64,000 nt of DNA from positions 2,294,001-2,358,000 of the forward strand of contig CM102284.1 in the NCBI GenBank assembly GCA_046563655.1, given 5' to 3'. The position numbers were made by a program, and so were the translations under genes. The DNA comes from Yuukianura sp. NJ FZ-2021 (lineage: Eukaryota). Below the pieces are notes generated by a model. The model ran no database searches, was not told the DNA's origin, and was given only the letters and a program-made list of their open reading frames with translations. Shown in pieces: positions 22,051 through 34,546 of the stretch; positions within the stretch are counted from its first letter, which is position 1; each line of letters opens with the position of its first letter.

Positions 22051-24686
22051 GTCCTGTAAAAGATAAATTATTTCTTACTTTTTTTCCTTACAATTATCAG
22101 AAAATACACACCTTCTAGACTGTACTGTTAGATTGAGTACTACTCCACTACAAAAGTACACATGAATCGAATCAGCCGAGTTGAATAAAACTTACTTGGA
22201 ATGGAATGTAACGATTTCAACTGGAAGCAACGATGACAACTTTAGACTAGTGGAAGTGGAGGAACCAGTAGCTGCCTTGGTCCCCTGCTTGTGTATACTA
22301 TCTCATTTCATCTTCTGAATTACCCGATGAAGTTTAATTCTAAAGACTCAAGAATAAAAATCAAGGTTAACGAATTAAAATTAATTCCTTCAATCTTGTG
22401 TTGATATTAATGTGTCCAACTTGTCATTGTTTACACTTACAATTTCGGTTATAAAGTCTCCTCCCTCTCTTCATTTACCTTCTCTCTCCATATGTGAGCA
22501 GTACCGTAATTCTGCAGTTTCTGCTGATTCTGTGTAGTAGTGTGTGCTACTATACAGTATGTGATGGTTGCTTGAAATATTGGATGGGTTTGGGTTTTTG
22601 CCAGCTTCGACAATTCTCTGACTCTAGAAAGGGTTTACAGACTGTGTTTCTGCAACGCATATATGGATATACCAATTCGAAATCAACGTAGGTACTAATT
22701 AAATAATTAACATGTTAAATTGGACGCTAACCACTAATTAGAGTAAGTTAATGTATAAAACTCTGTTGAAAATTTAATCAATGCAAACGAATTTGCAGTT
22801 CACAAACGATTAACTTACTTTATCAGGTTCATAACTTAGAATGTAAAATGTTATTACGTAAACGCACATTTGCGATGTTAACAAATTTCCGTGCGTGTAG
22901 TGTGAGGTAACGTAAACTCCAACCAGTAACTTGCAAATTAATTAGAAATTCAACTTGGCGCCAAACCAAGTACGTCTCTAATAGCTTTGGCTCAGAACGC
23001 GTACGTACTGCGTTACAAGAACGAAATTTGTTAAATATTAAATTTAATTGTGCAAACTAAATTTAGTAAAGTGTAACTTAAATCAATAGAATACTATCAT
23101 ATATTCCAGATTATCAGTTGTTCTGTCGAGTAGCATTAGTAGACACGTAAGTATGTAAGTTTTTTCCGACGCTGTTCACTGGGCTACTTGCTACGACTTG
23201 TATAAGATGCTATGTCAGGGAAGTACATGTAAATATGAATAAAATAAAATAAATTTTTCTGAAAGGAAATGGTGGGAAGACATGTACCTACTTAAAGAAG
23301 GGGAGAGCCTATGACTGTCAATCTGGAACAACAACATAGTCCTGGGTTTCCAACTCTCAAGGCCGTTGTCACTGCCGGGTAAAAACCGGTAAACTTTTCA
23401 AAAATAATGTTCTGGTAAATTTCTTTTAAGCTTAACTTTTAACTAACTTAGCAAAAAGTATCGGGAAAACCCTAATTGAAATCAGAGCCAATCCTACCAT
23501 GAAGAATGTAACTTTACCCATATGCATCATAAATCTCCCAATGGTTTTTATTATCGTATTAAAGTTTGAATTGTTACAAACTAAAATTTCATATTTTTTA
23601 TATTTGCATATTTTTATAATAATATTTCATCTGAAAAACTAACTCGCTGTCGCCAATTTCCCTCAAAGAATTTCGACTAGTGGCAATGGGAATCACAATC
23701 CTTTAGTATATTGGTTTCTGTACTGGTACAAATTCCCTACCCGGTATAAATAGACGCCTCGGGTATAATTGTATTATTAGCAAAAGGACAATGCGTACCT
23801 CTGTTAACAAAGCCCAAAGTCTCCTATGCCAAGATCATCACTCCTACTCCTACGGCGCGTCCTTTTTCCTTTTCGTTGCATTGTTCAATCCGTACGAAGG
23901 AGTCATCCCAATCGATACTCCACTTAACCCAAATAAATTAGATGATAATTAAAATTAAAGATACAAAGCTGTCTTTCTTTACAGTTCCAGATCTACACAG
24001 TTGTTCGTCACCTAAGGGCCCATTTGAAAATACGATCCCTTAAGGAGTTTAGCAAGTTCAACGCTGAAGAACAAAGGAACCAAATCTAGGTCAACTCCTT
24101 TTAGTCCCGGATTTGAAGTAATCACGACAGCGGATCAAGGACCATCAGGATTTGGTTTACCGAGAAACTAATTAACGGAACAAACATTAACTCAAATTCA
24201 TCAATGTGAGCAAAGTGGATAAGTAGATTGATATCGTGGCGTGGCATGGCCTAAAATATTACTAAAAACATGAAAAAACTTCAAAGTTCTAACAAATATG
24301 AAAGTACTTGTTCAAAAAAAAACATTTCTTTTCTAACAGTTTGCATGAGAAAGAGACTATATTGACGATGACCTCACGTGACCTCACTGATCAAATTTTT
24401 TAACTCCACTAAAATCTAACATGTTGGAATGTTCAGCGTAAACAAAAACTTTCCCTCCCGTTTCTACAACCTTAACTTTACTGAACGCTGCTCCTAGCTC
24501 TTACTTGATAGAAGAGTTATATTAACCAAACCTACGCCGTAACTTTATGTTAGGTAGTACCATCTTTTGCCAATAAGTCCAAGTCCATGTACATAATGAT
24601 AGCATTATGATTATGCTACTCCGTTAGGTTATGATGACTCATAACCTAACTTATGCGCATATCCTAACTTATGATATTGATTTCAG

Positions 24687-25244
24687 ATGGAACAGACGCA
24701 AGCATCAGAGGATAAGCAAAGCCATGACTTTTCTATTCCCTATTCCGAGGAAGAGTTGGCCCATTTGAGAAAAGTGTTCGAGTCATTGCCGACGTACCGA
24801 GAGAGTGACAAGAGCATAAGTACTGAAAATTTCCGAGAATTGGCTCTGAACATGCGCTATGAACGGACAGAAGACCAAATCCAAGAGTACATCAACTACT
24901 GGAACAAAACTAATGGTGATAGGATGGACGTTGATGTGTTTCTACAAATGGCAGAAATGATTCATCGAACGAGCGTTCTCACATACTTCTGTGCGCAGAG
25001 AGTAGACAAAGACAAGATTGGATTCATGACTACAGAAGAGTTCCAGGACTTACTCAAGGTCATGGCCATACATGATCCAAAGTTGAGCGGCAAAACGTAC
25101 GAAGACTTTTTAGCTGAAGGGGACACACACAAAAATGGTAAAGTCAGTTTGACAGAATGTGCAGCCTGGATTGAAGGTTACTGCGCTAACAGTTCCGTTT
25201 GGGAATTGACTAAAGCACCGTACACATTCCAAGAAGACAAATGA
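24687..25244 (+). CDS. Calmodulin-like EF-hand protein with degenerate N-terminal hands
   Basis: EF loops DKDKIGFMTTEEF and DTHKNGKVSLTEC, with weaker DKSISTENF and NKTNGDRMDVDVF. The ATG directly follows a TTTCAG acceptor, so an upstream exon is likely. Confidence 0.78.
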   Translation: MEQTQASEDKQSHDFSIPYSEEELAHLRKVFESLPTYRESDKSISTENFRELALNMRYERTEDQIQEYINYWNKTNGDRMDVDVFLQMAEMIHRTSVLTYFCAQRVDKDKIGFMTTEEFQDLLKVMAIHDPKLSGKTYEDFLAEGDTHKNGKVSLTECAAWIEGYCANSSVWELTKAPYTFQEDK

Positions 25245-25274
25245 CAACCTACAACATGGTGTACTTTTGAATTC

Positions 25275-25413
25275 AAAAACTAAGTTTTTACTCAAAAACT
25301 ATCTTTTTTGATTCAATTATCTTGAAAGTACATAATCTTAACATAAAACTAAGCTTTTTACTCAGCAATTATCTTTTTTGATTCTACTTTCTTGGAGGTA
25401 CTTCATCTAAACA
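25275..25413. repeat. Degenerate ~70-bp tandem duplication in the EF-hand gene 3' region
   Basis: AAAACTAAG..TTTTTACTCA..TATCTTTTTTGATTC..TCTTG..GTAC..ATCT.AACAT occurs twice. Confidence 0.7.
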
Positions 25414-25711
25414 TGTAATGACCATAAACACGAATGTCAAAGATCTCGTTTTCTGTATTAGATAATAAAGATAAAAGATAAGATCTGAGATAAAAAATAA
25501 ATTCTAGGATAAACTATAAACTGTTGCATATTCTTGTTTTACCTACATTATTCGTGTTTATCTATACGAAGAGTTAAGTGCGTAAAAGGAATAAATTGAA
25601 AATTAATACAAAAACTAAAATTTTACACAAATTCGTATTACTTTTGAACTTGTTTTTTTTTTTTTGCTCATTTGTGTTGTTTTTTATGTGTTGCATTTTT
25701 TGTCAAATAAT

Positions 25712-28700
25712 TTATTGTTTACTTTTGAGTGCTGCTGCTTGGAACTGGAGGACAATGACCTCATAGGTCACAAGTGCACCGATGAGCGTCACTAAGAAGG
25801 ACTTTGTAAGCGTAAAGTAGCCACACCCACTAAATCCGATTTCTCCAGTTGACATTTGCGACACAAAGCGTCCAAGCTATTAACAGAAAAAAAAGATCAA
25901 GAAAAGAAAAAAAAAGTAAACTTGACCAGGTAAACTTGATGAAACTTTTTGAATTTTTAATTAAATTTTGTTTGCTTGTGTACCACCAGTAGTTTGTGCT
26001 TATACTCCGGATGTTCAACAGCCGAAGGCCAACTATGAATCAAATCCAAGCCTTCGTGAGCCTAAATTTAACACTTGAGTTACAAAAACTGTGTTATACC
26101 GGAAACTTATAAATAGTATTTTATATTTCTGTTTACTTTATATTAGGCTTGAACGAAGTCTGATGTTATACCTTTTCATTAAGTTTTCCTCCCAAGTAAC
26201 TCGGAAGTAGAATTTTGTTGAAAAGTAAAAAACAAAAGGCGTAGATCGCTTCCCCTTGAGACAACAGTGTACCTCGCTTTAAGTCATCTCCAATTCCTGT
26301 GTACAATCGAGTAAAAAGGTATCCCACATTACAGACGTAAGTCATGAAAACCATAGGCGAGAGAACGTCGTTGCACATCTACATAGAACCGCAGTTAACT
26401 GTATTTTAAACGTCTTTTTTTTGCAATAGAATACAAAAATTTTATTTTGGCTTTACGTAAACAAGTTCACAGATTTGACGATGATGCGCACGCAGTTCTT
26501 CCGTTTGGACCACCGAAGGAGAATTTTCTTTAGCCAGAACTTTGCTGAATCTTGAGAAGAGGCGAGACAGCATCAGGGCCACCATAGCCAATATCATATC
26601 GCCTACCGACCACCCCAGGTCACAGTAATATTGCTGTGTAAACACATTAGGCTGGTTAGTAGACTGTCAACAGAATACATTGGGTTTTTCAAACTACTTT
26701 TACTTTAAGCCTTACCCCACATAATCGTTACATTATATGAGAAGAAAAATTGGTAAAATTTTCAGATTTTTATTCCAACGCTAGGGAATGCCGCAACAAA
26801 AATTGGTAAAATTTTCAGATTTTTATTCCAACGCTAGGGAGTGCCGCAACGGGATCAACGATTTATATAGGGATAACCTACTTACGGATATGTTGTGGGT
26901 ATGTTGTGGGTTTGTTGTTGGTATGTTGTGGGTATGTTGTTGGTATGTTGTGGGTATGTTGTTGGTATGTTGTGTGTATGTTGCGGGTATGTTGCGGGTA
27001 TGTTGTTGGTATGTTGTGGGTATGTTGCGGGTATGTTGCGGGTATGTTGTTGGTATGTTGTTGGTATGTTGCGGGTATGTTGTTGGTATGTTGTGGGTAT
27101 GTTGTTGGTATGTTGCGGGTATGTTGTTGGTATGTTGTTGGTATGTTGCGGGTATGTTGTTGGTATGTTGTGGGTATGTTGTGGGTATGTTGTGGGTATT
27201 TGAGTTTCAGTTAATTTCAATTTTCTTCATTTCTTTAAGGTGAAACGAAGTTTTGCTTTCCCAACCTAAATTTATGGACTGAAACAAAACAGCTGTAATT
27301 TCTTTCAATTTTCAGTTTATTTCATTTATTTCAGTTTCTTTCACTGAAGCGAAAAAAGCTACTCTACAGCGAATAACAATAAATAAGAATAAACGGGCTT
27401 AGATGCGTACATTCTAATAGGGCGTCCATTGCTAATCTGTAACATGTCTGCGGCACCCTTTAGAGTTGAAAAAAAAATTCTGAAAATTTTACTGTAATTT
27501 TCTTTCATATACTGGAACACTTTATGGGGTAAGACTTGGGAAGACTTTACTTTTTGTTCCTGCTGACAGCCTACTGGTTAGGTTAACCATATGATCAGGG
27601 ATGTCAAAAATATTTAGTCTGAATGCTCGTAATGTTAATAAGAAAATATTTCCTAGATAATGGTTACTAAATATTTATTTATTTGCCCATACTCTTGATG
27701 TTACGTAAATTTTCGGATGATTTTTAAAAATACATATTTTTTATCAACATTCCGAGCGGTTTCAGCTAGTATTTTCGACAACCCGGCTAATAATTTAACG
27801 CAATAAACCCATCCTAACGTGAATTTTTATTTTTACGGCAAACATGTAGAACATCCCAGTGTACTCAGCCCAAATTCCAAAGACAAATTCCTCATTGTAG
27901 GACCGAAAAAACTCCTGAGCAGTGTCCGCCTTGTGAGATTGCGCTGTTAAAAAAACGTTCAAAATGTTAAAAATAAAAAATACATATAACATTTTTGAAC
28001 AATTTTTCCCGAATTTTTAGACCTACTAGTTTGCTTGTGAAAATTCATAAAAGACTGAAAGAGTTACCGATTGTTGCATCGTAAAGTACGTTCCCAAAAA
28101 ATTGAGCTGTTGCGTAGAATGCAAAAAGCAGGAAAGCATCTCTCATGAGCCCAGTCGTCGTATGCTCATCCCGATGTTGACTTTTGCGTACCATGACTTC
28201 TGCGGCGACGCAGTAGTTGACCAATCGTGGAAATTTCTTTGCGTTCACCATCATGAAGACACAGTTGAAAATAATGTGGGTGTAGTAGATCAACGCGTTT
28301 ACCAAAAATACGAACTCATTCGTGTCTTCTATTGGAAACTTCTATAAAACGTAAAAAATAGCGTTAAAAGTGAAACGTAGCTGGACAATAGAAGTGAAGA
28401 AACTAAAAACCTAGCTACAGCTTTTACATTAAAAGTGCTAAGGCTTTACTTTTATTGGCTGTAAACATGGCACAACTTAGGTTTTGTTGACTAACCCTAA
28501 GCATAGAGTCGGCCCACAGCATAATGGTGATCGCTAGAGCGAACAACGTGAAATACCATGATGGATGCCATTTGCTTTTAACGACTATCTTGTTGCCATC
28601 GCGTGTAAGCGGACACATACCGATGATTCGCGCGTAGCGAAACAATGGCCACAAACAGCGAAGAGTCTCCGGCGTCTCGTCTCCCTCTTCCACTTCCCAC

Positions 28701-28774
28701 GGAACAAGATTGACGTCAAAATGAAGAGTTTTGGAATTTGGCCGCCATTTCAGTGCACTTTCAAAAAGATCCAT
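25712..28774 (-). CDS. Gustatory receptor (7tm chemosensory family), multi-exon
   Basis: LFRYARIIGMCP N-terminal TM, LRAHHRQICELV, and the GR signature C-terminus GCGYFTLTKSFLVTLIGALVTYEVIVLQF with stop at 25712-25714. Confidence 0.85.
26745..26850. repeat. 53-bp tandem duplication (2 copies, 1 mismatch) of the inner left TIR
   Basis: AAAAATTGGTAAAATTTTCAGATTTTTATTCCAACGCTAGGGA(A/G)TGCCGCAAC at 26745-26797 and 26798-26850. Confidence 0.9.
26888..27198. repeat. 11-bp minisatellite GTATGTTG(TGG/TTG/CGG), ~28 copies
   Basis: Visible tandem array; it produces the spurious VCCWY/IPTTYPQH repeat ORFs. Confidence 0.95.
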
Positions 28775-30296
28775 TTTGTTCCCAATTTTTAGAGAAGATG
28801 AGACCTGCAGTTGCGAACACCGAAATAGGTTTGGTAATGCTAGGAAAATTTATCTTGAGACTTCTGGTTTTCAAATAATTATGTCATTTTCAATTTTTCT
28901 TGACGATAGTGGATGGATGCTTTGACCTTGACATTGACAAGTAATCAGCAATTGGTTACGCGTGCTTCTGTAAGCTTCAAAATTGATGCGTTGCTATCAA
29001 TCTTCGGCGAATTTGTCATTAAAAGTTCGTCTGAAACGTATCTCTATAGTTGTGTAAAGGAAAAAAGTTATTGACAGATTGACTTGTCAAAACCTTTCAA
29101 ATTAATCAATCTCTTTCGTAGCCAGGCTTCTTATTGCCAGTGTTAATTATTGACTCTCTTTTGTCGGAATTTTGCAAAAAAAAAATTGTAATGGGATGAA
29201 AGCACATGGGTAAATCGCTTCAAACTTTATTAAAAACATTACGGATTTTCCAATTTTCCAGGTTTTCATAATGTTCTATTTCCATTGTTGTTGGAAAAAA
29301 TTTTTTAGCTTTCCCTTTCAATTCTTTTCTCAAAAGGCACGTTAGAAATTTGTTCAGTGTTTTAGGAAAACGCGTTGCGAAAGTTTAGTTGCGAAAACCA
29401 TACGCTCCAGTTACGCTTCAGTATAATTGATCCTGGAATTCTTCAAAAAGCATTTTGTTCTTCAAAAAAACTTTTTTTCTTTTTTTGATGAGAAGGAAGT
29501 GAATGATGTTTCGAGCTTGGCAGTGACAAATCATAGGGAATCGTTGGCTACGTGCTGCTTCTAGCTTTAAAATTTATGCGTTCGTGTCAATCTCCAGCAA
29601 GTTTTTCATATGAAGTCTTTTGCAACTTACAATTTTGCAAAGCAAAAACGTATTCACAAATTAACTTGTCAAAACTTTTCAAATTTATCATTCTCGTGCA
29701 CACACAAGCTCCTTATTGCTAATATTAATTTTTGACACTTCTCAACGACATTTTACAAAAATAAAGTCGCAAAAAAAAAAACTGAATGCGTATGAACGAC
29801 TTACTTGAACGTCTTAAAAACACTTTTGCTTCAAATATGCTTTTGCTTTTTCCATTCAAATATTTGTTAGCTTAGCTTTTGCTTTAGTTTTTGTTTTTTA
29901 ACGAACCGTGCCACGTTAGAAGTTTTTCGACTTTTGTAACAATTGATTTATAAACTTTATTCGATAATTTTTATTTTATTGGCTTTGCAAGTTCTTTTTG
30001 TTAGCTAGTGGAAACATAATTTCTAAAAATGTTATCTAATACACTAGAATTGACGCGTTAATTTTGGCCATGAGGATTCACTGCATTTGGTTTATCTCCG
30101 CTGGAATCATTTATGCAATGCTATCAGTAGCCAATTTAGATTAGGATGAAATGAAGGAGACCTACCCTGAACATGCATGTGTGATATTGAGCCAATCAGA
30201 CAGATAAACCTATTTTTCCACTTAAACAGTCGTGTCAAATTGAGCAAAAATTCAAAAGTGTGCATTTTCCCTTCGTTGCATCATCTTTGTGACACC

Positions 30297-31800
30297 ATGG
30301 CGGCTCTCCTGGCGCTTTTCTTGGTTGCCACCGTGTCAACCACTTTTGGTCTCACTGTTACGCCTTGTGGGAACTTGGACGTTCCGCGCAGACTCAGCTC
30401 AGCCGTATTTGATGGAGTCGATACTGTGTACATTCTTGGTGGCATTATGGAAAACGACACAGCCCCTGCCAACCCCATTCTGAAGTACACCATCAGTAGT
30501 CAGAAAGTGGACCCACTTGTACTGCCGATTAAACCGAAGAAGATGCTCCATGGTGCTGCAGCGTACAGACCTCCTGCTACTCCTAATGAATTCGAAATCT
30601 ATTACATTGGGGGAGGAGAGGTGTACAACGACACTTTTTACGACGCCATATACAGGGTAGTTACTTAACTTAACCAAGCCTAAGCTAACCAAATGCTCAG
30701 ACGAAATGGTCAAAATAATTTGATCGAAAAGTGAAATGGTCAAAATAATTCGATCAAAAAGTGAAACGTTAAAAAATTGAAAATGTCAACCACTTCAAAT
30801 AGTAGGTTTAGTTTTCGTTAGGCTAAGTTTTCTTATGTTTGATCTCACTTGTTATCGTTTCACTTTTGAAGAAATTGTTTTTGACCATATTACATGGAAC
30901 TTACCTAACGAGACCGTAGCTTAAGCAGGCGAACGAGAAATACCGAGCCCTATCAAAATTGACTAACTAGAAATAGTTTAGCAGTTTATGTAAACTAAAC
31001 TTTTTTTTAAATAGATTCGACCGCTCCAAACGGCCGGACCGATCATTGAGCAAGTAGGGACTCTTCCGGTGGGTTTGGCGGCATCAACGGCTCATGTTGT
31101 GACAACAACTAACGATATCGAAGGAACGAATGATTGGATCTACATCTTCGGTGGTGAAAACATCATGAGCGTCGATTCCGTCTACCGGTTTGGTCTTTCC
31201 GTTGGCCACGAAACTCCGGTGGCAACCGAATTCCATCGCTTGGAATACCCACTTACCCGCGCAGCCTCTGTGTTGATGCCAGATCCTGATCTTACAATTG
31301 ATCCTCATCAAATTTACTTCTTTGGTGGCAACAAGAACTCCTCAGGAGTCAGCCTTCACGCCGAAGAAGTTCTGATGTACGATACCGTCGGAACCAATAC
31401 ACTTACTGGCATTCGACTCGTCGACGGTGTAGAGTCCCCAGTTGCAGTTTCTGATGGAAAGATCATGTGGGTAATCGGAGGTTACATTGGAGGATCATAC
31501 TCCAATCAACGATTTACGGAGTTCAACATAACTGCGAATACGACTCAAGAAGTTTGTGTTACCGAGGAATACAGGATTCTTCCCCAAGAGGCCTCTGCAG
31601 TCTACGCTGATAACAAAATTATTATTTTTGGTGGTTATACAAATATCACGACTGATGCCATTCTGTGTATTGACACCACGGCATTGAACAAGGTGCGATG
31701 CCCACCGGAAGATGACGACAGTGGTGCCAACACATTGTCCTCCATCGCATGCGCAGTCGTTCTTGTGTTCTTGGTTTCCGTTAGGAACAATATGTTTTAA
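30297..31800 (+). CDS. Secreted kelch-repeat (beta-propeller) protein with hydrophobic C-terminus; exons 30297-30656, 31015-31800
   Basis: Signal peptide MAALLALFLVATVSTTFG; six kelch-like motifs (VYILGG, IYYIGG, IYIFGG, IYFFGG, MWVIGG, IIIFGG); C-terminal SGANTLSSIACAVVLVFLVSV. Confidence 0.8.
30703..30888. mobile_element. Small foldback/MITE remnant in the kelch-gene intron
   Basis: 30-bp tandem GAAATGGTCAAAATAATT.GATC.AAAAGT x2, with an inverted counterpart CGTTTCACTTTTGA...TTTTTGACCAT at 30856-30888. Confidence 0.45.
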
Positions 31801-31950
31801 GCACATCACAATGCACTTTAGAAATGTTGTAGCAATTTGGGCAAAATGCGAATTCTGGGTTAAAAAAAATTTCAATTGTTCAATTGTTAGGTAAATTTTA
31901 CTTGAAACCAATAAAAATTTAAAAACAAAAAAATGCAGGGTTTATTTATT

Positions 31951-34546
31951 TTATTGATTGTATCTCAGTAATTTTGGTCCAAAGTGCTGCAGCGTGATTG
32001 GTCCAATGAGAGTTCCAAAAACAATGACCATGACGGATATGGTGATAAGGTCATAAGGAAGTGTTTCAGCGTCAAATCCAATGCTTTGTGCAGTTTCCAT
32101 TACTACTGGTCCTAGAGCTGCCTGAACAGTGCCTAAAATCCCACAATCCGTTAATTTACACTGCAGTTTACAGTCAAGACGGCATTTAATTTCAATTAAT
32201 TTAATTCATTAATTATTAGTCACTGATTTCTAAACCTTTTGGAAGCCAGGCGACTACGACGAACAATTTCTCTCTTGTGGTCATTCCTCCTCCAAATGAT
32301 AACATGGCAAACGTCGCAATCATACGTGCCTTGAATCATGTATTACGTATTATGCACTATATCATACATGTATGTTATATGCTACATATTATGTATCATA
32401 TACTTATGTCAATGCATGTAACTACACAAACTATTATGCACCTTTGTCTAACTTCTAATCTTTGACGTTAATATTGAAGTGATATTTTAGAACTTACAGA
32501 GAGGCTGATGACAAGGCAAGTTCCAGCGGTAATGACAACGTCCCAGTTGACCGTGGCAATGTCAACGCGAGAACCGATGATTCCAAAAAGCATAGGTTGG
32601 AAAAAGTACCAAAAGGAGGTCATGTTCTGGCTGACCTCTTCCTGTAACAAGGAAAACATAAATATATCATACACATATGTAATAACAATCATGATATTAT
32701 ATATAGGCAACAATCTTATAAAATTCCAAATTATATAAAACTTACAACTTCCGTTGCACTATTTGAACTCCTGCTACGCCAAACGCAAGCTACTACCAAT
32801 GAACCGAAGAAGCAGCCAACAGGACCTGTTCAAATATATATTTTTTAACTTTATTTCTCGGTTAATAGTTTTCAAAAAATAATTCGTGACATTTGACCTC
32901 CCCTCGGGCGTCCAATTGTCGTCAGGCCCAAGAGTGATGTCGATCCGCCCGCAAAAACAACAAACGTTTTTAGAGGAGTTCCTGCATCCTGGAATGATGT
33001 TCGTGTTTTTGAATTATCGCGTTTTAAACTCAAGCGCTATTTCCCGCCTCTTCTGTTGAATTAAAGTTTTCCACCATTTTGCACTGGCAAATCTTTTTGA
33101 TGCCAAATTTTTACCCCAAATTCCAGCAATTTGGTGGGAAACAGCGCCTGCGATACGCGATACATTTCAGTTGTTTAATGACATTATAGTTTCTCACCTC
33201 TCCAAGGCAAAATCCTACTGCACTGCCCCATGCAACTCCAAAGACGATTCCGAAGACAACTTCCATTGCGCCTGCGTTTGAAACGACAAATTCAGATTCA
33301 GTTACGCCACGGTAATAAAAGAAACTAATTACCTTTCTGAATTCCGTTGAACAAGTCACCTACCAATAAACCAAAAATTTTGAAATTCATTAATAACAAA
33401 AATTATTTTTGAACTTTTTTAACTTTGGAGGAGTCTACCGTCGGCAAAAATGAAACCAAAAGAAAGTTCTGTCATGGCAATGGCCAAAATGGCGTCAAGT
33501 CCACTACCCTGCTTGGCAATTGACATCACGTAATGCTCTGGACCAAGACCCTGTTGTTCAATATCCACTAGAAACGGCATAACGATTGCGCCACTCATGG
33601 CAGAAAAGATGCATCTGCGTAGAAAATTCTATTTTGGCAACGTAACACGCACACTAAAATCTCGAGTGCTTGCTTACCCAATCGCAGTGCACCACTGGAC
33701 AGGAAATCCTAGCAGAAAGTACGCCGAAATAGAAGCTGCGCATGCTTCACACAGGCAGGATCCAATGCAGAGTGGCAGAATTACAAGTTTGTGTTTTGAA
33801 ATTAAAGCTGGAGAAACAGCAAGAGCTCCTCGTGTCAGCAGAACAACAACCGACATGGCGCTATGTTCGAATAAAATAGCGTCTTTTTTTGAGAGAAGTT
33901 TGATGTACAAAATTTTTTTTTTTTTTCAAAATTCGAAAAGAAAATTCAAACGAACCGTATAGGATTTGTCATTGCCGGGTCAAGGTCGTCTCCAATATTG
34001 ATAAAAGGAAGGTTCCGAAGCAAGAGTCCTGCTGAAAGCATACCAAATGCCGGTGGGAGATGAAAGTGCTGAGCAGCGTGACCTACATGTCAACAAAATT
34101 TAACAAATCAAATTTTACAAATCAAAATTTTGAAAAAAAAAAGCAAAATATTGTTGAGTACCTAGGACAATGGCCAGTAATTCGAGTACAGCTAGAGCAA
34201 AAACAGAGCCCCCAGGCAGTGCCTGATTTGCAAAGACAGAGTAGCTCAATGACCAGATTGCTAAAGCCGAAAGCGGAAAACCTCCAAGCCACCATTTCCA
34301 TTTCGGCGGGAATTTCAAATTCCATGTAGAAGTAAACCGAATTGAATCTAACAGAATATTTTTTAGGTTAACAGTTAGTTTAGTTTAAAAACTAAAGTTA
34401 AGGTAAGCTAACTTAAACTCACCTGCTTCTGCCTTATTGTTTGTTTGTACAATGTTCGCTGACACTGTGATGACTGCGTTTTTGGAAATGTTGCCACCAG
34501 ATGAGATTCGTTTCCACTGAACACACTGAACACTGTCACATGACAT
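31951..34546 (-). CDS. NHA/SLC9B-type (CPA2) Na+/H+ antiporter, multi-exon
   Basis: PPAFGMLSAGLLLRNLP, LLTRGALAV, FWYFFQPMLFGIIG, AWLPKGTVQAALGP, LITISVMVIVFGTLIG motifs typical of NHA1/NHA2; stop 31951-31953. Confidence 0.85.

Larger units (their letters stand above)
26707..27537. mobile_element. Non-autonomous foldback/MITE-like element in a GR intron with ~90-bp imperfect terminal inverted repeats
   Basis: 26707-26797 (AAGCCTTACCCCA...GTAAAATTTTCAGA...TGCCGCA) is an imperfect reverse complement of 27449-27537 (TGCGGCA...TCTGAAAATTTTAC...TGGGGTAAGACTT). TSD not resolved. Confidence 0.7.

Noticed and set aside
23743-24230. TATA-like box and possible small spliced ORF upstream of the EF-hand gene
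   Set aside because: No recognisable protein; probably 5'UTR or promoter of the EF-hand gene, and unresolved without RNA data.
26788-27243. Cys/Trp-rich and IPTTYPQH-repeat ORFs in four frames
   Set aside because: They are translations of the 11-bp intronic minisatellite, not genes.
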